The notes below the pieces were generated by a model. That model was not told the DNA's origin, did not search any database, and was given only the letters and a program-made list of their open reading frames with translations. Shown piece after piece: positions 18,163 to 27,814 of a DNA stretch of 64,000 nt (position 1 is the stretch's first letter; the number at the start of each line of letters is the position of its first letter). A program made the position numbers and the translations under genes. Source of the DNA: Terriglobia bacterium (GTDB taxonomy: Bacteria; Acidobacteriota; Terriglobia; 20CM-2-55-15); the NCBI GenBank assembly GCA_965198225.1, contig CBDAOY010000006.1, forward strand, positions 928,001 through 992,000, read 5' to 3'.

Positions 18163-20628
18163 ATGCGACGAAAACACTTCCTGGGTCTCGCACTGACCCT
18201 GTCGATCGTGGTGCTCGTGTTCCTCTCAGGCGTCATCCCACACGCGGTGGCCCAGTGGGCGAACCGGTACCACCAGGTCGACGGTTACAGCCACCACGTT
18301 TACGTCGAGGGCTTCGAATTGCCGACGCTCACCAACGGGCCCATCGACCCGGCGCCGGCTCCCGATGGACGGCAACTCGCATTCTCTTCGCGCGGCTGGC
18401 TCTGGGTGATGGATCTGGAAACGGGGGAAGCCCGAAGGATCACCGAGGGTGGGGAGATGGACTTTCGTCCTTCCTGGAACCCCCAGGGCGACCGCCTCGC
18501 ATTCGTCCGGGACAACGACCACGACACCCGCATCGTTGTGATCGACGCTGAGAGCGGGAACGAATTGTACACGCTCGATACGCCCACCATCGAACTCGAT
18601 CCCGTGTTCAGTCCCGACGGCCGGACGCTCTACTACACGTCGGGGGAGTCGGGAGATCTCGACATCTGGGCCTTTGACTTCGAGTCGGAGGAAAAACGAC
18701 GGATCACCACCGACACGGGTATGGAGGTCAAGGCGCAGCCGCACCCGAACGGTGAAGACCTGGTGGTTCTCTCGAAGGTCGACGTCAGCGACCAGAACGA
18801 TAGCGTCCAGATTCGCGGAGACGGGGGTACGGGAAGTCCCGTGAACCTGGTCAACGGGCGGATCGCGTCGATGGCACGACCCGCGCTGAGCCCGGACGGG
18901 GATTACCTGGCTCTGAACTGGCCCACACAGAACGGGTGGGAACTGCGGCTGCACCGGATGGATGATCCCGGCCCGTCGGTCCTGCTGGCGGAAGGCCTTC
19001 CACTCACGCCCGCATGGAGCCCGGACGGCGAGTGGATCTACTACTCCGAGGCCGACGACGAAGATCGGATGTTTCTCAAGCGCATTCGCGCCGTCGGAGG
19101 GGCTGTCGAAGAGGTGCCGGTCCTGTCGTGGGATTGGGAAGTGGATGTCGCGCGGGTGCGGATCAAGACCCGACTGACCGGGCGCGTCGAACCCCTCGCG
19201 GTCCGTCTGAACGTCGTGGACGCCACCGGCCATCCCGCGGTCCCGGACGCGTCCGCCGCCCACGCCGACCTCCAAAGCGGGCGGGTGTTCTTCTACAGCC
19301 CGGGAGTCGTCGAGGTGTCGGTCCCAGCGGGCGAGGTCGCCGTTTCTGCGGTGCGCGGCCTCAGCACACCCGAAGTGACGGAGCGAGTCGTCGCGCGGGC
19401 CGGTCAGGTCACCGAGGTCGAGTTGGAGCTGGAGTCGCTCTGGGATGCGAGAGCGGCGGGATGGACTTCGGGCGACCATCACTTCCACCTAAACTACGGC
19501 GGGCAGTATGTCCTCAGTCCCGAGGATCTCGTTCCCATGATGGCAGGCGAGGATCTGGACATGACCACGCCGCTGTTAGGGAACCTCCACAACCGGTTCG
19601 AGGACCAGCACCTGTGGGGGTGGGAGAAATCCGACGGCATACCGATGATCCGTTTCGGTCAGGAACTCCGACCGCACCTCCTGGGCCATCTGGGATTGAT
19701 CGAGACACCCGAGTTCCACTGGCCCTGGGTGTGGGGTCCGGGATACGAGGTGTACGGGTCGGATGACCGGACCAATGCAGAGGTCCTCGGGTGGGCCCGG
19801 GACCGGGGAGGCCTCGGCTTCTACGTTCACCCGACTACCGCAACAGACCCGTTCGACGAAGTCGCGAGATCCGGGTTGATCGCGGAACTGGTTGCCGATG
19901 GGGTCCTCGGGGATCTCGATGCCCTGGAGGTCGTGTGCATGTGGAGTGACGAGGTTGGGACCTCCGCGATGTGGCACCGGTTCCTGAACCTGGGTATGAC
20001 CGTGGCGCCGACGGCGGGCACCGACGTGATGACCGACTACTACCGGACCATGGCGATCGGCACGACAAGGGTCTACGCCGACACCGGGGATCGGGTCAAC
20101 TGGCCGGCATACATCGGCGCTCTCCGGGAGGGCCGGTCTTTCGTGACCAATGGTCCACTCCTCGATTTCCGTCTGGAAGAGGCGAGGCCCGGAGGGGTCG
20201 TCGAGGGCGGTGCGGCCGACTGGTCACTCGAACTGGCCACCGCGACCGAGGTCGACACCGTGGAGCTGATCGTCAACGGCAACGTCGTCTGGTCTGATGA
20301 AGGGCTCGATCGGCCGGGCCGGCGTTCCTATTCGGGTACGGTCGAACTTCCCGACGGCGGGTGGGTCGGCATCCGCGCCAGCGGCGGCGAGACCAGGTGG
20401 CCTTCGATGGACAGTTATCCTTTCGCGCACACCGCACCGGTTTGGATCGATCACCGGGGCAGCTTTGATGAGGCGGCTCGACGAACTGCCGCCGGCGAAC
20501 TGCTCCAGGTTCTCGACGCCTCGCAGAATCGACTTGTTGAGGCGTACGGGGATGCCGAGATTCCCCGCCTGCTGCAGCATTTCAACGCGGCGCGGACACG
20601 TTTGACGGCCCTGGGGGCAGGGAACTGA
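18163..20628 (+). CDS. CehA/McbA-family metallohydrolase with N-terminal TolB-like (PD40) propeller
   Basis: Signal peptide; SPDG repeats; GDHHFHLNYGG, GQE, GHLG, YVHP, AGTD, GRSFVTNGP PHP-like motifs. Confidence 0.8.
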   Translation: MRRKHFLGLALTLSIVVLVFLSGVIPHAVAQWANRYHQVDGYSHHVYVEGFELPTLTNGPIDPAPAPDGRQLAFSSRGWLWVMDLETGEARRITEGGEMDFRPSWNPQGDRLAFVRDNDHDTRIVVIDAESGNELYTLDTPTIELDPVFSPDGRTLYYTSGESGDLDIWAFDFESEEKRRITTDTGMEVKAQPHPNGEDLVVLSKVDVSDQNDSVQIRGDGGTGSPVNLVNGRIASMARPALSPDGDYLALNWPTQNGWELRLHRMDDPGPSVLLAEGLPLTPAWSPDGEWIYYSEADDEDRMFLKRIRAVGGAVEEVPVLSWDWEVDVARVRIKTRLTGRVEPLAVRLNVVDATGHPAVPDASAAHADLQSGRVFFYSPGVVEVSVPAGEVAVSAVRGLSTPEVTERVVARAGQVTEVELELESLWDARAAGWTSGDHHFHLNYGGQYVLSPEDLVPMMAGEDLDMTTPLLGNLHNRFEDQHLWGWEKSDGIPMIRFGQELRPHLLGHLGLIETPEFHWPWVWGPGYEVYGSDDRTNAEVLGWARDRGGLGFYVHPTTATDPFDEVARSGLIAELVADGVLGDLDALEVVCMWSDEVGTSAMWHRFLNLGMTVAPTAGTDVMTDYYRTMAIGTTRVYADTGDRVNWPAYIGALREGRSFVTNGPLLDFRLEEARPGGVVEGGAADWSLELATATEVDTVELIVNGNVVWSDEGLDRPGRRSYSGTVELPDGGWVGIRASGGETRWPSMDSYPFAHTAPVWIDHRGSFDEAARRTAAGELLQVLDASQNRLVEAYGDAEIPRLLQHFNAARTRLTALGAGN

Positions 20629-20684
20629 TCCAGCCTTGAATTCCTGGCAGGCGTTTTGACGCGCGCGAACTCACTTCCAGGGTC

Positions 20685-21019
20685 GTGTAGGGGCGCTCTA
20701 TGAAGCGGTGAACGAATTATGGGAACGGAAAATCGGGTGGCGGGGCTTTTCACGTGTAGGTGCGGTCTATGACCGCATGAATTATGGGAACGGAAAATCG
20801 GGTGGCGGGGCTTTTCACGTGTAGGTGCGGTCTATGACCGCATAACTTGTGGTCCCGCGGGCATTTGTGCGCTCATAGAGCGCACCTACACTTGAGGATC
20901 GCAGGTTCTTCACGAAAAGCCCCGCCACCCGATTCTCAAACAAATGGCATTGGTTCACAGCTTCGTAGAGCGCACATGTTTCGGTTCGAAGAGTGTGCGG
21001 TCATAGACCGCACCTACAC
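20685..21019. repeat. REP/REPIN mosaic cluster (BIME-like)
   Basis: 65-bp direct repeat (20714-20778, 20779-20843), several REP arms, and an inverted copy of aatcgggtggcggggcttttc at ~20914-20934. Confidence 0.85.
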
Positions 21020-21141
21020 CTCCTCAGGAGATCCGCCTCTCCAAAATTCCCTCCCGTCGAAAAGATGTCTTGGGCAGCAATGGTCCTGTCCGCCTTCGCC
21101 GGAACAAGAAAGGCGGGCGAGAAAACGCGGCTAGAGGTTCG

Positions 21142-22148
21142 CTAGTTCCCTTCGAGATACTCCTTTCGGAGCTTTGCGACGACCGTGTAGTGCGGGTCGA
21201 CGACGTTCGCGATCTCATACTCGATCAGGTGCCCGAGCAACATTCCCGCGGCGCGCTCGTCGAACCCGTAGTCTGTCATGAGCGGCCGCGCGCTCTCCCC
21301 AGAACCATGATGTAATCATCATTCTCGATGCGCGGCCATCCGATCATCTTGCTCTTGACCAGATCCACCGAGAACTCGACATCCATCGAAATCTCCAGGG
21401 CGTTGCCGACCACCTCGCCGTGACCCTGCCGAGCGTGTCCGTCGCCGACGAACAGTAGCGCTCCGGGTTCATACACCGGGAGCATTACCGTCACGCCCTC
21501 GACCAGGCCGAAGTAGTCCATGTTGCCGCCGAACTCGCCCGGGGTCGCCGTAGAGACCGCTTCCTTCCCCGGTGGCGCCGTCCCCAGACATCCGAGCATC
21601 GGTTCGAGGGGGATCTCGAGGACGGACGGCTGCAGATCCGCGGTTGTGGTCCGTGCGACGCCCTCCCTCAGATCAACCGTCCAGTTCTCGCAGTAAGGAG
21701 AGTCCAGATCGAGGCAGGGATGTGCGACCGGGACTCTCCCGCCGTCGGTGCGCAGGAAGAGGGGATCGGTCGCATAGGGAGCGAGCACCTGCGACGACCA
21801 GGCGTTCGTCCGGTTCGGCTCGATTTTCTCGATTCGCACGACGAGCATGTCTCCGGGCTCAGCGCCCTCAATGTAAAAGGGCCCGGTCTGCGGGTTCCAG
21901 TTGTCGGCAACCCTCCGGCTGTTCTCATCGAAACCAAGTGCGTCGATCGTCCGGGTGATCACCCTGTCGCCGGGATTGATCCGCAGTACGGGCGCATGCG
22001 CGAAGGAGAAGGTGTTGAAGTAGTGCTCCGCCTGGAACCGATGCGTTTCTCCACTCTGTGGAGGTCCCGCCGCCATCTGCGCTGACACGATGCCCAACAG
22101 CAAGGCCACCATTAGCGACACGTTCATGAACTGAGTTGTTCGATTCAT
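21142..22148 (-). pseudogene. Acetamidase/formamidase family protein, frameshifted near the 3' end
   Basis: NPQTGPFYIEGAEPGD, GGNMD, GDGHARQGHGE; C-terminus (SARPL/MTDYGFDER...YEIANVVDP) lies in another frame after GGG-AG-AGC. Confidence 0.75.
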
Positions 22149-22365
22149 TGCACCCCCAAGTGTTCTGGTGTTTTTTCGCACTTCGGAAAACTCGCGTAAA
22201 TACTACGGAAGGAAGGGTCCAGATCTGTTCCAGGCCTTCTAATGTGAAAGATAGGGACAGAGGAGCCTGTCCCTGTTCTATCTTCCGTGTTCTTAGCAGT
22301 TTTTCGGGCGCGCCCCTTGCGCCGCTGACGGACAGGCCGGACAACGAGGCCGATCACTCGGGGGC

Positions 22366-23802
22366 TCAGTTGCCACCCTCCTGATACATGTAGTCCGCCG
22401 CGAGATTGGACATCGCGCGCACGCCCACAATCAGCGCACCCTCGTCCGCGAAGAACAGCGGCGAATGGTTTGGTGCGGCCGTCTCCGGATCTCCATCCTC
22501 CGGCGTCACGCCCAAGAAGAAATACAGGGACGGGACTTCGTTCGCGAAGTAGGCAAAATCTTCGGCGCCCGTTATCGCATCTGCCACAAGAACCTTGTTG
22601 GGTCCGGCTGCCCTCTCCAGCGTCGGAACCATACGCGCGGTCAAGGTGGGGTCGTTGAAAGTGACCGGAACACCCACATCGATCGTGACCTCCGCCCTCG
22701 CACCGGCGCTTTCCGCGATCATCGTCGCCGTGGTCCGGATGCGCCGGTGGATTTCCTCTTGCATTTCGCCGTCCAACGTCCGAATCGTGCCGACCAGTTC
22801 GACTTCGTCCGGGATGATGTTTCTTCGAACACCTCCCCGGATCATCCCGATCGTGATGATAGACGCCGCCTTCGTGACCTCGACCTGACGGCTGGCGATC
22901 GTCTGCAGACCCATGATGATCTGAGCCGCCGTGACGATCGGATCGACTCCCCGCCACGGTGCGGCTCCGTGTGTCTGCGCACCCTTCACTGTGATTCGGA
23001 GCCCGTCTGCGGCCGCCATTGCCCCTCGTTGCCGGTAGGAGCGGCTCCCGAACTCCCTGGGTGAAACATGCAGCCCGAAGGCCACATCCGGCCGGGGATT
23101 GTCGAACACGCCCTCCTTCAGCATCAACTCGGCGCCACCTTCTTCGCCCGCAGGCGGTCCCTCTTCGGCGGGCTGGAAGATGAACTTGACCGTTCCCGGC
23201 AGTCGGTCGCGGACTTCGGTCAGCACCTCCGCAGCACCCATCAGGATCGCGACGTGATTGTCGTGTCCACAGGCATGCATGACGCCGACTTCCTGGCCGT
23301 TGTACGTCGTCCTTGCTCTGGAAGCGAAAGGCAGGTCCACCTGCTCGGTCACAGGCAGGGCATCCATGTCCGCCCGCAGTGCGACGACGGGTCCCGGCCG
23401 CCCGCCGCGAAGCAGTCCGACGACCCCGGTGTGTCCGACTTCAGTCTGAACCTCGATGCCGAGGCTCCGAAGGTGGTCCGCCACCTTGGCCGCCGTGCGA
23501 AACTCCCTGTTGCCCAGTTCCGGGTTTTGATGGATGTCGCGACGCCATTCGATGACCTTGCTTTCAACCTCTGAGGCAAGCCGGTTGATTTCAGTGGCTA
23601 TCGGGCTCGCACCGTCCTGTGCCGATGCTAATGGCGCACCGATCGCGATCACTACGGCGACCGCCAGCCGACGGGCCTTCGGTCGCACTTTGTTGAGTAG
23701 GGTTATCACTCTTGTCGCTCTCCTTTCTTTCGCCTTGCCTTTACCGATCGGCAAAGGCTTTCGTAGCTGCCCACTTGGGTGCCGGGGATCATTCGCTCTC
23801 AC
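22366..23802 (-). CDS. M20D family amidohydrolase
   Basis: RRDIHQNPELG, LRADMDALP, MHACGHD, FQPAEEG, GAEDF, NHSP; true start probably downstream of 23802. Confidence 0.9.
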   Translation of the reverse strand: MRANDPRHPSGQLRKPLPIGKGKAKERRATRVITLLNKVRPKARRLAVAVVIAIGAPLASAQDGASPIATEINRLASEVESKVIEWRRDIHQNPELGNREFRTAAKVADHLRSLGIEVQTEVGHTGVVGLLRGGRPGPVVALRADMDALPVTEQVDLPFASRARTTYNGQEVGVMHACGHDNHVAILMGAAEVLTEVRDRLPGTVKFIFQPAEEGPPAGEEGGAELMLKEGVFDNPRPDVAFGLHVSPREFGSRSYRQRGAMAAADGLRITVKGAQTHGAAPWRGVDPIVTAAQIIMGLQTIASRQVEVTKAASIITIGMIRGGVRRNIIPDEVELVGTIRTLDGEMQEEIHRRIRTTATMIAESAGARAEVTIDVGVPVTFNDPTLTARMVPTLERAAGPNKVLVADAITGAEDFAYFANEVPSLYFFLGVTPEDGDPETAAPNHSPLFFADEGALIVGVRAMSNLAADYMYQEGGN

Positions 23803-24029
23803 CAGGGCGCCAGTTGAGGATGACAGTGATTACACCTCGGTCCCCCTGGCAGGCTGACCGGCAACGAGAAAGGCCTTCGGGTACAGGTCTTTCCAGCACA
23901 ACTTGAAAAACTGAATTCCTTCTACCCCATGCCCTCGGGCCCTATTCAATCCACCGAAGTCGATTCAGCTCATCGGGCCCGATCAAATGATCGCGCCCGG
24001 TTTCCAGCGGATGCTTCGACGAACCTGGC

Positions 24030-24860
24030 TTACTGCGCGGAGACTTGCTCGATCCGCGTCCAGACTTCCCTCACAACCGCCTCTCGCACGTCCATGGTTC
24101 GGTCGATCGTCGCAGCCCAGCCTGCTTCCGTCATGCTCGGATGGGCCTCTCGGATAAGGTCGTCTGTGACACCACGGCCCACCTCCTGGTCGTCACCGTA
24201 GAAGCTCACGGTCAGAAAATTGTAGGGCTCGCGGCTTCCGCCGGGAAGGAACAACTGCCAGACGCTCCATCCCGCACTGGCTCCCGCGTCCTGCACAGCC
24301 TGGTGGATCGGTTTCCAGATGTCTCGTTCCAGGGTGAGGTAGGCATCATTTCCGCCCGGATCAACTCGCATCTTTGTGAGCAAAAGGTAAGATGCGGGAT
24401 TGATCGACGACAGGGCTTCACGCCGGACCCAGATTTCGCGCCGCACCAAGTCTCGCATCGCCAGGTATTCGCCGACCATCTCTTGAGTGCGTTGCTCGTC
24501 GGCTCCGGGATGGGCCTCTTGAAACACGCCGGCAGGGAAGGCGTCGATGGTCTTGTTGAAGTCGTTGAAGTTGTTGACGGCGACGTAATCGTACTCGGCT
24601 TCTGTCCCGGACGGATACTCCACCCGGTAGAGCTGCCAGCCGGTGATGATCTCCGCCCTCAAGCGGGCTTCGTGGATCGGCATCCAAAACTCTCGCACCA
24701 TCCGGAGGAAGTTGTCGGCTTCACCGGGGGCCACCTTCAAGTAGTTCAAATGCGCGTAAATAGGGGTCTCCGTCTGACCGATCAAGGGTATGGCGAGCAG
24801 AACCAACGCGAAAACGACAATCAAACTGCGGACTGCTTGATGCATTTCCTGTACCTCCAT
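24030..24860 (-). CDS. Exported protein with two NIPSNAP-like alpha/beta repeats
   Basis: Signal peptide; internal duplication (KVAPG..W.PIH..GW..Y..EAHP..R..VRREIW twice). Confidence 0.65.
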   Translation of the reverse strand: MEVQEMHQAVRSLIVVFALVLLAIPLIGQTETPIYAHLNYLKVAPGEADNFLRMVREFWMPIHEARLRAEIITGWQLYRVEYPSGTEAEYDYVAVNNFNDFNKTIDAFPAGVFQEAHPGADEQRTQEMVGEYLAMRDLVRREIWVRREALSSINPASYLLLTKMRVDPGGNDAYLTLERDIWKPIHQAVQDAGASAGWSVWQLFLPGGSREPYNFLTVSFYGDDQEVGRGVTDDLIREAHPSMTEAGWAATIDRTMDVREAVVREVWTRIEQVSAQ

Positions 24861-24883
24861 TTAACGAAAGTGTAGCCGCGCAA

Positions 24884-24952
24884 GTGTAGGTGCGGTCTAC
24901 GACCGCACACTCTTCGAACCGAAACACGTGCGCTCATAGAGCGCACCTACAC
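24884..24952. repeat. REPIN
   Basis: gtgtaggtgcggtctacgaccgcac-actcttcgaaccgaaacac-gtgcgctcatagagcgcacctacac. Confidence 0.85.
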
Positions 24953-24954
24953 CT

Positions 24955-25124
24955 GCTGATCGATTCACTTTCGGGTAGTAGTTGCTGTTGCGCCTGAAGC
25001 TTTCGACTTCTCCGCTTTCCCGACCACGAAGATGATCTCCTCATCGAGTTCGCCGTCGTTGACCGTAGGACCATGGAGAGGTTGTCAGGACCAACAGAAC
25101 CATTAACGATATCGTCTTTTTCAT
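24955..25124 (-). pseudogene. Gene remnant: signal peptide fused to a C-terminal tail (possibly serine hydrolase)
   Basis: GAGG RBS + MKKTISLMVLLVLTTSPWSYGQ, then in other frames VNDGELDEEIIFVV / ESGEVESFRRNSNYYPKV. Confidence 0.4.
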
Positions 25125-25166
25125 AGTCTTGTTCCTCTGGGATACGGTCTGGCCGATCATGTTGGG

Positions 25167-25673
25167 CTAATCACTTGAACCGTTCTGATCAATGGCCTCC
25201 CTGGACGGCCGGGACTCGGCCCGAGAAACCCTCAGGACCTGATAGGACTTAAACACATCTTCCTGGTTCTCTTTGGCCGTTTCGCCGAGATCCACAAATA
25301 CCCTATGGCCCCCGGCATAGGCCTGTACATCGATTGCTTCGCGAACTCGAACAATACGATCACGATGAGATCCCACAAGAATATGGACGGAATCCCCAGT
25401 CTTGAACGGCTCGCCGTTCTTCAGGCTACGACCGTAATACAGAGGGCCCATGATAGGCCAGCCAATCAGGATACCTGCGAACCATCCAAGGGCTGGGAAT
25501 ATGAACAACGAGACCACAAAAACCAGAGGGTCCGTCCATCGTCCTGGTGTACTGATCAAGGGCCACGTGGCGATCACGCCCGCAACACCAGATACAACGG
25601 GAGTGAACCACATCCATGTCCTGACCGGCCAATCGTCCGCAAAGAAGTAGTGGATTCGTGTCGGCTTGACCAT
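25167..25673 (-). CDS. Hypothetical membrane protein
   Basis: 168-aa ORF with two hydrophobic helices and an SH3/KOW-like tail (FKTGDSVHILVG). Confidence 0.55.
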   Translation of the reverse strand: MVKPTRIHYFFADDWPVRTWMWFTPVVSGVAGVIATWPLISTPGRWTDPLVFVVSLFIFPALGWFAGILIGWPIMGPLYYGRSLKNGEPFKTGDSVHILVGSHRDRIVRVREAIDVQAYAGGHRVFVDLGETAKENQEDVFKSYQVLRVSRAESRPSREAIDQNGSSD

Positions 25674-25734
25674 GCTGCGCGACTGTTGAGGCTAAACCTC
25701 CGATTGGTTTCGACAGGGGATCACACGCTCACAA

Positions 25735-26112
25735 CTACTGCAGCGCTCCGTAGATCAGAAAGGCGCCGAACCCAGCGGCTCCCAGCCCCCATGCCCGGAT
25801 GAAACCCATCGGCCGCGCAGTCCACCAGTCGACGAACCGCGGCAGACGACGCCGACCCAGAACCGGAATGGCCGCCGCGGCTGCCAACGAAACGGCGCCA
25901 AGGATTTGAAACGCCGCGGGGAAACGGGACTCTGAGGAAGCCCCGATCAACACCAATCCAAAGACCAACCTCAAACCGACGGCAAGGTAGATCCCCGCGC
26001 GCGACTGCCACGGGCCGCTGACGAGGCCTATGAGCTTCATCGGGTGCACCGAACCCAGTACTCCCAAGGATGTGATTGCTACTCCGAACAGTATTACGGC
26101 CTCGTCAAGCAT
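25735..26112 (-). CDS. Small integral membrane protein
   Basis: Four hydrophobic helices in 125 aa. Confidence 0.65.
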   Translation of the reverse strand: MLDEAVILFGVAITSLGVLGSVHPMKLIGLVSGPWQSRAGIYLAVGLRLVFGLVLIGASSESRFPAAFQILGAVSLAAAAAIPVLGRRRLPRFVDWWTARPMGFIRAWGLGAAGFGAFLIYGALQ

Positions 26113-26386
26113 CGGGAGTTTCGGGTGTGCCTCAACGCCGGTATCGTTCCGTCACAGACGCTGGACAGACGCTGCCGAACTCGGTGGAGTGTTCGAGCCT
26201 TGTCTTGAAGATTATCTGCGGAATTGGGGTGGCCGGTGTGGTCGAGTGCAAAGCGGAGCGCCGATCCATACCACTCGACGCGTTCCTCCATGGCCATATC
26301 CGAATCACTGATCGACGATTCCCATTGATGAAACCCCCTCCATGGGCTCCGCGTTTGTCAAACGCCGTCTTCGGATCAATATCCAC
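26094..26386 (-). pseudogene. Frameshifted paralog of the 60997..61251 antitoxin-like gene
   Basis: EERVEWYGSALRFAL.HTG..SADNLQDKARTLHRVRQRLS shared; 1-bp deletion (gcccagtgg to gcccatgg). Confidence 0.7.
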
Positions 26387-26609
26387 AACGACATGTTAGC
26401 TCGCGCGGGCGGCGGTGGTCCCCTCAAACTGACCATGAGGCCTTGTTTGTGTCCGGCTTGAAACCATAATCATCGCCTTCCTCACGAGCAGCCGCGACAA
26501 AGCCCCGAGGAACAGTCAGCACTCTGTGGTCCCCGAACGCCGACGCAATCTTCTATAGGCAAAAGTGTTTGATGGTCTTGGCGTCCCCGTGCTGAGGCGG
26601 GACGCCGTA

Positions 26610-27719
26610 TCACTCCCAGGGGTACGGCCCCTCCATCTCGATCCCTCTAGCCTCGAAGATCAGCTCGATCATGCGGTTCCGCGACTCCGGGCTCGTCGTG
26701 CGGTTGTAGACCGCGTTGGTCTTGTGAGCGATGACGAGGTCGATCGCCGGGAACACCATGATCATCTGACCGTACGCACCAAGCGACGTGTACGCGCCCT
26801 CGAACGGACCGACGGCGCGTGGGCCGTCCCATACCCACCACATGTAGCCGTAGCCGAAGTAGCCGTCCCTGCGGCTGACGGGGTTCATCTCCGCCAGGGG
26901 AGTCACCACGCTCGAGATCCGTCGCGCCCAGTCCCGCGAGACGACCTGTTCGTCTTTCCAGTTCCCCTCGTTGAGCATCAGGTAGCCCAACCGGGCCATG
27001 TCTCTCGTCGACAGCCAGATGTGATAAGCCGGGTTCACCGAGATGTCGAGGTTGCCGCTCTTCCGCTGCGCGCTTCGATCCCAGTCCTCGAACTGGAGTG
27101 GGCCCGCAAGCTGGGACTGGATCTCGTCGTAGATATTCCTACCCGTGAGCTGCTCGAACACCGCGCCGGCCGCGTTGAAGTCCCAGTTGCTGTAGAGCAT
27201 GTATGTGCCGGGCTTCTGGGACCCGCGCTCGGGCGCGTCGGCCAGGTTGTCCCCACCGTTGGAGGCGGGGTGGTAGACCCCAGACCGTGCGGTGATGAGA
27301 TGCCGGACTTTTGCCTGCTTCTCGATGGGAAGCAGGCCACCGATGTCGTCGATGCCCAACTCCTCGAGAGTGGCCTCGATGTCGATAGTGTCGTTCGCCA
27401 CCCAGTATCCGTAGAGCATCGCCAGGATACTCTTCCTGACGGACGCGAGATACGACAGCTCCTCGATGTCGCCGAAGCGGAACGTGACCCGGCCACGGTC
27501 GACGACGACGACACCCGTGCTGTTGGAGTCGTCGCGCAGGTGTGTGAAGACGTCGCGGAGCTTCTGCCCATCCCAGCCGTAGGCAGCGAGCTGTGGCTCG
27601 CTGACGTATTCCCATTCTTCTCCCGGGAAGACGGCGTCGGTCGGGGATTGGGCCGCCGACGAGGCGACGAAAACGGCCGGCACCAGGAGAGCACGAAGGA
27701 CAAGACGAATACGCATCAT
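26610..27719 (-). CDS. Serine hydrolase, beta-lactamase family
   Basis: SVRK (SxxK), YSN, STRDMARLG, YGYMWW, GAYGQ; signal peptide. Confidence 0.88.
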   Translation of the reverse strand: MMRIRLVLRALLVPAVFVASSAAQSPTDAVFPGEEWEYVSEPQLAAYGWDGQKLRDVFTHLRDDSNSTGVVVVDRGRVTFRFGDIEELSYLASVRKSILAMLYGYWVANDTIDIEATLEELGIDDIGGLLPIEKQAKVRHLITARSGVYHPASNGGDNLADAPERGSQKPGTYMLYSNWDFNAAGAVFEQLTGRNIYDEIQSQLAGPLQFEDWDRSAQRKSGNLDISVNPAYHIWLSTRDMARLGYLMLNEGNWKDEQVVSRDWARRISSVVTPLAEMNPVSRRDGYFGYGYMWWVWDGPRAVGPFEGAYTSLGAYGQMIMVFPAIDLVIAHKTNAVYNRTTSPESRNRMIELIFEARGIEMEGPYPWE

Positions 27720-27814
27720 GGCTTTGCTCCACGGGATTGCGATGAGTGGCGCCTCTCGCTAATCCTCTGCACCTGTCTCGACATCGATCCAACACGCCCG
27801 AACCGCCGGCCCCC

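Noticed and set aside
20685-21019. CRISPR array
   Set aside because: The 'spacers' are identical, the units include inverted copies, the repeat is the dispersed REP and there are no cas genes.
22254-22275. Hairpin agggacag-aggagc-ctgtccct as terminator or second REP family
   Set aside because: Single clear copy in the window and no poly-T tail in the relevant orientation; insufficient support.
25155-25700. Integron gene cassette (GCCCAAC right after the stop codon)
   Set aside because: No matching GTTRRRY/L-box palindrome downstream, only an imperfect upstream core, and no integrase.
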